Assembly (NCBI GenBank): GCA_963703675.1
Contig: CAVPFH010000011.1
Span: 10,565-74,564, forward strand
Direction: 5' to 3'
Length of the DNA stretch: 64,000 nucleotides
Source of the DNA: an uncultured Acidobacteriota bacterium
GTDB taxonomy: Bacteria > Acidobacteriota > Terriglobia > Acidiferrales > UBA7541
Position numbers and translations under genes: made by a program. Shown here piece after piece: positions 62,325 to 64,000 of this stretch (its first letter is position 1; each line of letters begins with the position of its first letter). Under the pieces are notes generated by a model. The model was given only the letters and a program-made list of their open reading frames with translations, was not told where the DNA came from and did not search any database.

Positions 62325-63242
62325 TCATTCCGCCTTAGGAAAAACCAGCGACAAACCCACAGTAACCGCCAAAATCCCGGCAATCACGACCAGCGAAACC
62401 AAAGACGGAATCGGCCGCCACTCGCTAAGAATCATTTTCAACCCGACAAACACCAGAATCGCAGCCAATCCCTGATGCAAAAACCGAAACTTCGGCAAAA
62501 TCCCGGCCAAAGCAAAATAAAGCGCCCGCAACCCCAGAATCGCAAACGCATTGGACGAATACACAATAAAAGTATTGCGAGTAATCGCCAAAACGGCCGG
62601 AACAGAATCCACGGCAAAAATAATATCCATGGCCTCAACGGCAACAAGGGCCAAAAACAAAGGCGTAGCACTCCACTTTCCAGCGCGCTTGACCAAAAAG
62701 CTGTCGCCATCGTAGTCGTCCACCACCGGCATAATCCTGCGAGCCGCGCGAACCAGCCAATTCCGATCAGGCCGCAGGGCGCGTTTCGAAGGGAAAAACA
62801 TCTTCAAACCAGTCAAAAGCAAAAGCGCGCCAAACACATACAAAACGGCATGGAACGATTGCAGTAACTCAACGCCCGCCAGCACAAAGGCAGCGCGCAT
62901 CACCAGCGCGCCAATCACGCCATAAAACAAAACCTTATGCTGCGACTTCGCCGGAATATGAAACGCCTGAAAAATAATCAAAAAAACAAAAATATTATCA
63001 ACGCTAAGCGATTTCTCAACAAGATACCCGGTAAGAAATTCGAGTCCAGCCTGCGGCCCCAACGAAAAGTGCACCCAGACATTAAAAAGCAGCGACACAC
63101 CAATCCATCCGGCGCTCTCAATAAGCGCTTCCCGCGTGCGAATCGTATGAGCCTTGCGATGAAACAGGCCAACATCGATCACAAACGCCGCGGTGATCGC
63201 GATCGCAAAAATCATCCAGACATGAAGGGGGGTACCGAGCAT
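62325..63242 (-). CDS. TerC-family integral membrane protein
   Basis: The pattern FLTGYLVEKSLSVDNIFVF and a second half with IFAVDSVPAV are TerC signatures. ATG 63242 preferred; the ORF track gives 63353. Confidence 0.85.
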   Translation of the reverse strand: MLGTPLHVWMIFAIAITAAFVIDVGLFHRKAHTIRTREALIESAGWIGVSLLFNVWVHFSLGPQAGLEFLTGYLVEKSLSVDNIFVFLIIFQAFHIPAKSQHKVLFYGVIGALVMRAAFVLAGVELLQSFHAVLYVFGALLLLTGLKMFFPSKRALRPDRNWLVRAARRIMPVVDDYDGDSFLVKRAGKWSATPLFLALVAVEAMDIIFAVDSVPAVLAITRNTFIVYSSNAFAILGLRALYFALAGILPKFRFLHQGLAAILVFVGLKMILSEWRPIPSLVSLVVIAGILAVTVGLSLVFPKAE

Positions 63243-63413
63243 GTAATTGTTTGTAGTGGTTTGGCCGATCAGTTTAACCGGGCTATCACCAGGAACGAAG
63301 CGGCATATTGCAAATAGCGGCTGCACTGAATCACCCAGCGTATGTCCATGCACGCGGCGATATCATCTGAAGCTGCGGTATTTGCGTGTAAAATCTCGCG
63401 GGGCAAAAAAATC

Positions 63414-64000
63414 GTGACTTTGAAGTCCCCAAACATTCGTCTCGCGGTTCAAACGGCGTTAGCCGGCGTTGCAGCCAGCTACTTTTCCCAGTTTTTGCGC
63501 CTGCCCGAAGGCTATTGGGCGGCGATCACCGCCGTAATCGTGATGCAAGCCAACCTCGGCGCTGCGTTGAAACAATCCTGGATACGGATTGCGGCCACGG
63601 CCATCGGCGTAGTTGTAGCGATTCCGCTGATTATCTTGCTCGGGAAAAATCTGCTGGCATTCGGTCTGGCGGTTCTTCTGACGGTGATAATCTGCTCGAT
63701 CCTGCATCTCGACGATGGATTGCGCATCGCCGCAGCCACCGTCGCCATCATCATTCTCATTCCGCGCGCCGGACGCCCCTGGAACCCCGCGATCGACCGC
63801 TTCCTGGAAGTATCATTTGGCATCGTTATGGCCATTCTCGTTACAAATTTCGTCTGGCCGGCATCCGCGCAAGGAAAATTGCGCAAGGAACTCGCGTCGT
63901 GTCATCTGCAATTGCGATCCTTGTTTGTCGCGCTGATGCAGCGATACGAAGGGGACAGCCGCACGGACGTCGATCAACTGCGAAGTGAACTGAACGCGAT
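63414..64000 (+). CDS. FUSC/ArAE-family membrane protein, 5' part (runs off the window; not in the ORF track)
   Basis: My own translation from GTG 63414 stays open to the window end: VTLKSPNIRLAVQTALAGVAASYFSQFLRLPEGYWAAITAVIVMQANLGAALKQSWIRIAATAIGVVVAIPL...DRFLEVSFGIVMAILV. This is the typical FUSC N-terminal pattern. Confidence 0.65.
   Translation, partial: MTLKSPNIRLAVQTALAGVAASYFSQFLRLPEGYWAAITAVIVMQANLGAALKQSWIRIAATAIGVVVAIPLIILLGKNLLAFGLAVLLTVIICSILHLDDGLRIAAATVAIIILIPRAGRPWNPAIDRFLEVSFGIVMAILVTNFVWPASAQGKLRKELASCHLQLRSLFVALMQRYEGDSRTDVDQLRSELNA

Noticed and set aside
63243-63413. yybP-ykoY (Mn2+) riboswitch, which is commonly found upstream of TerC-family genes.
   Set aside because: I read the minus-strand leader and found neither the conserved GGGGAGUAG loop nor the distal UUGACA...AGCAAGACC-type segment as I remember them. 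Only vague CUGGGUGAUUCAG and CUGGUGAUAGCC strings are present.
63459-63988. Four ORF-track entries at the right edge: 63459-63707 (minus), 63512-63886 (minus), 63515-63988 (plus) and 63715-63936 (plus).
   Set aside because: The third plus-strand frame, from GTG 63414, gives a convincing FUSC-family membrane protein that has no stop before the window end and so is missing from the track. The listed ORFs are shadows of it.
1-64000. CRISPR arrays, rRNA or tRNA genes, IS elements, integrases, prophage or toxin-antitoxin modules, and recognisable defence systems.
   Set aside because: I scanned the spacers and ORF translations. I found no regularly spaced repeats, no tRNA-like T-arm or acceptor pattern in any spacer, no DDE, tyrosine or serine recombinase motifs, and no defence-type nuclease, ATPase or RT signatures.

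Overview
GC-rich, gene-dense chromosomal window with about 60 protein genes. I recognised no rRNA, tRNA, CRISPR array, transposase, integrase or prophage block. The gene content suggests an Acidobacteriota chromosome (inference only): a PadR regulator with an ADOP-type duplicated FtsX permease, an Oar-type CarboxypepD_reg TonB-dependent receptor, and short GTCATCC...GGAxxTC hairpin repeats in spacers. Layout: (1) 1-12.5 kb is housekeeping: mfd 3' end, SurA-like PPIase, YhaM-like HD nuclease, orphan BlaI, dusB, rsmI, FmdB zinc ribbon, galU, tsaD, an SBP56-like secreted propeller, and padR plus ADOP permease. (2) 12.6-18.2 kb is a small accessory-looking islet: HXXEE protein, a decayed membrane-protein gene, DUF1398, a secreted MBL hydrolase, and a J-domain plus beta-propeller gene pair. 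(3) 18.2-27.5 kb holds dinB-family, carD, tsaB-rimI, a group II PLP decarboxylase, DUF465, psd-pssA-(Asd-like)-lptE-holA, and a TlpA-like redoxin. (4) 27.7-31.6 kb holds a ChlI-like AAA+ with a VWA partner, a Lon-N-domain protein and a small TPR protein. (5) 32.3-42.7 kb is a divergent heme cluster: hemE-hemN-hemY on the minus strand and ccsA/hemX-like-hemA-hemC-hemD-hemB-hemL on the plus strand. (6) 44-62 kb is a large polyamine/GABA-type utilisation locus: a MerR+XRE+cupin regulator, a PotDABC-like importer, a Tat-signal FAD amine oxidoreductase, an Oar-type TonB receptor, a saccharopine-dehydrogenase-like protein, a class III aminotransferase, an APC permease, an aldehyde dehydrogenase and gabT. 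(7) terC-family gene and the 5' part of a FUSC-family gene that runs off the window and is absent from the ORF track. I did not find a canonical defence or mobile system. The most system-like unexplained items are the J-domain/propeller pair, the deviant-Walker ChlI-like AAA+/VWA cluster, the architecture of the polyamine locus (exported flavoenzyme, dual-HTH regulator, embedded TonB receptor), an Asd-like protein lacking key catalytic residues, and a family of REP-like hairpins, one of which supplies the C-terminal tail of hemE. All homology calls come from reading motifs by eye; no searches were run.
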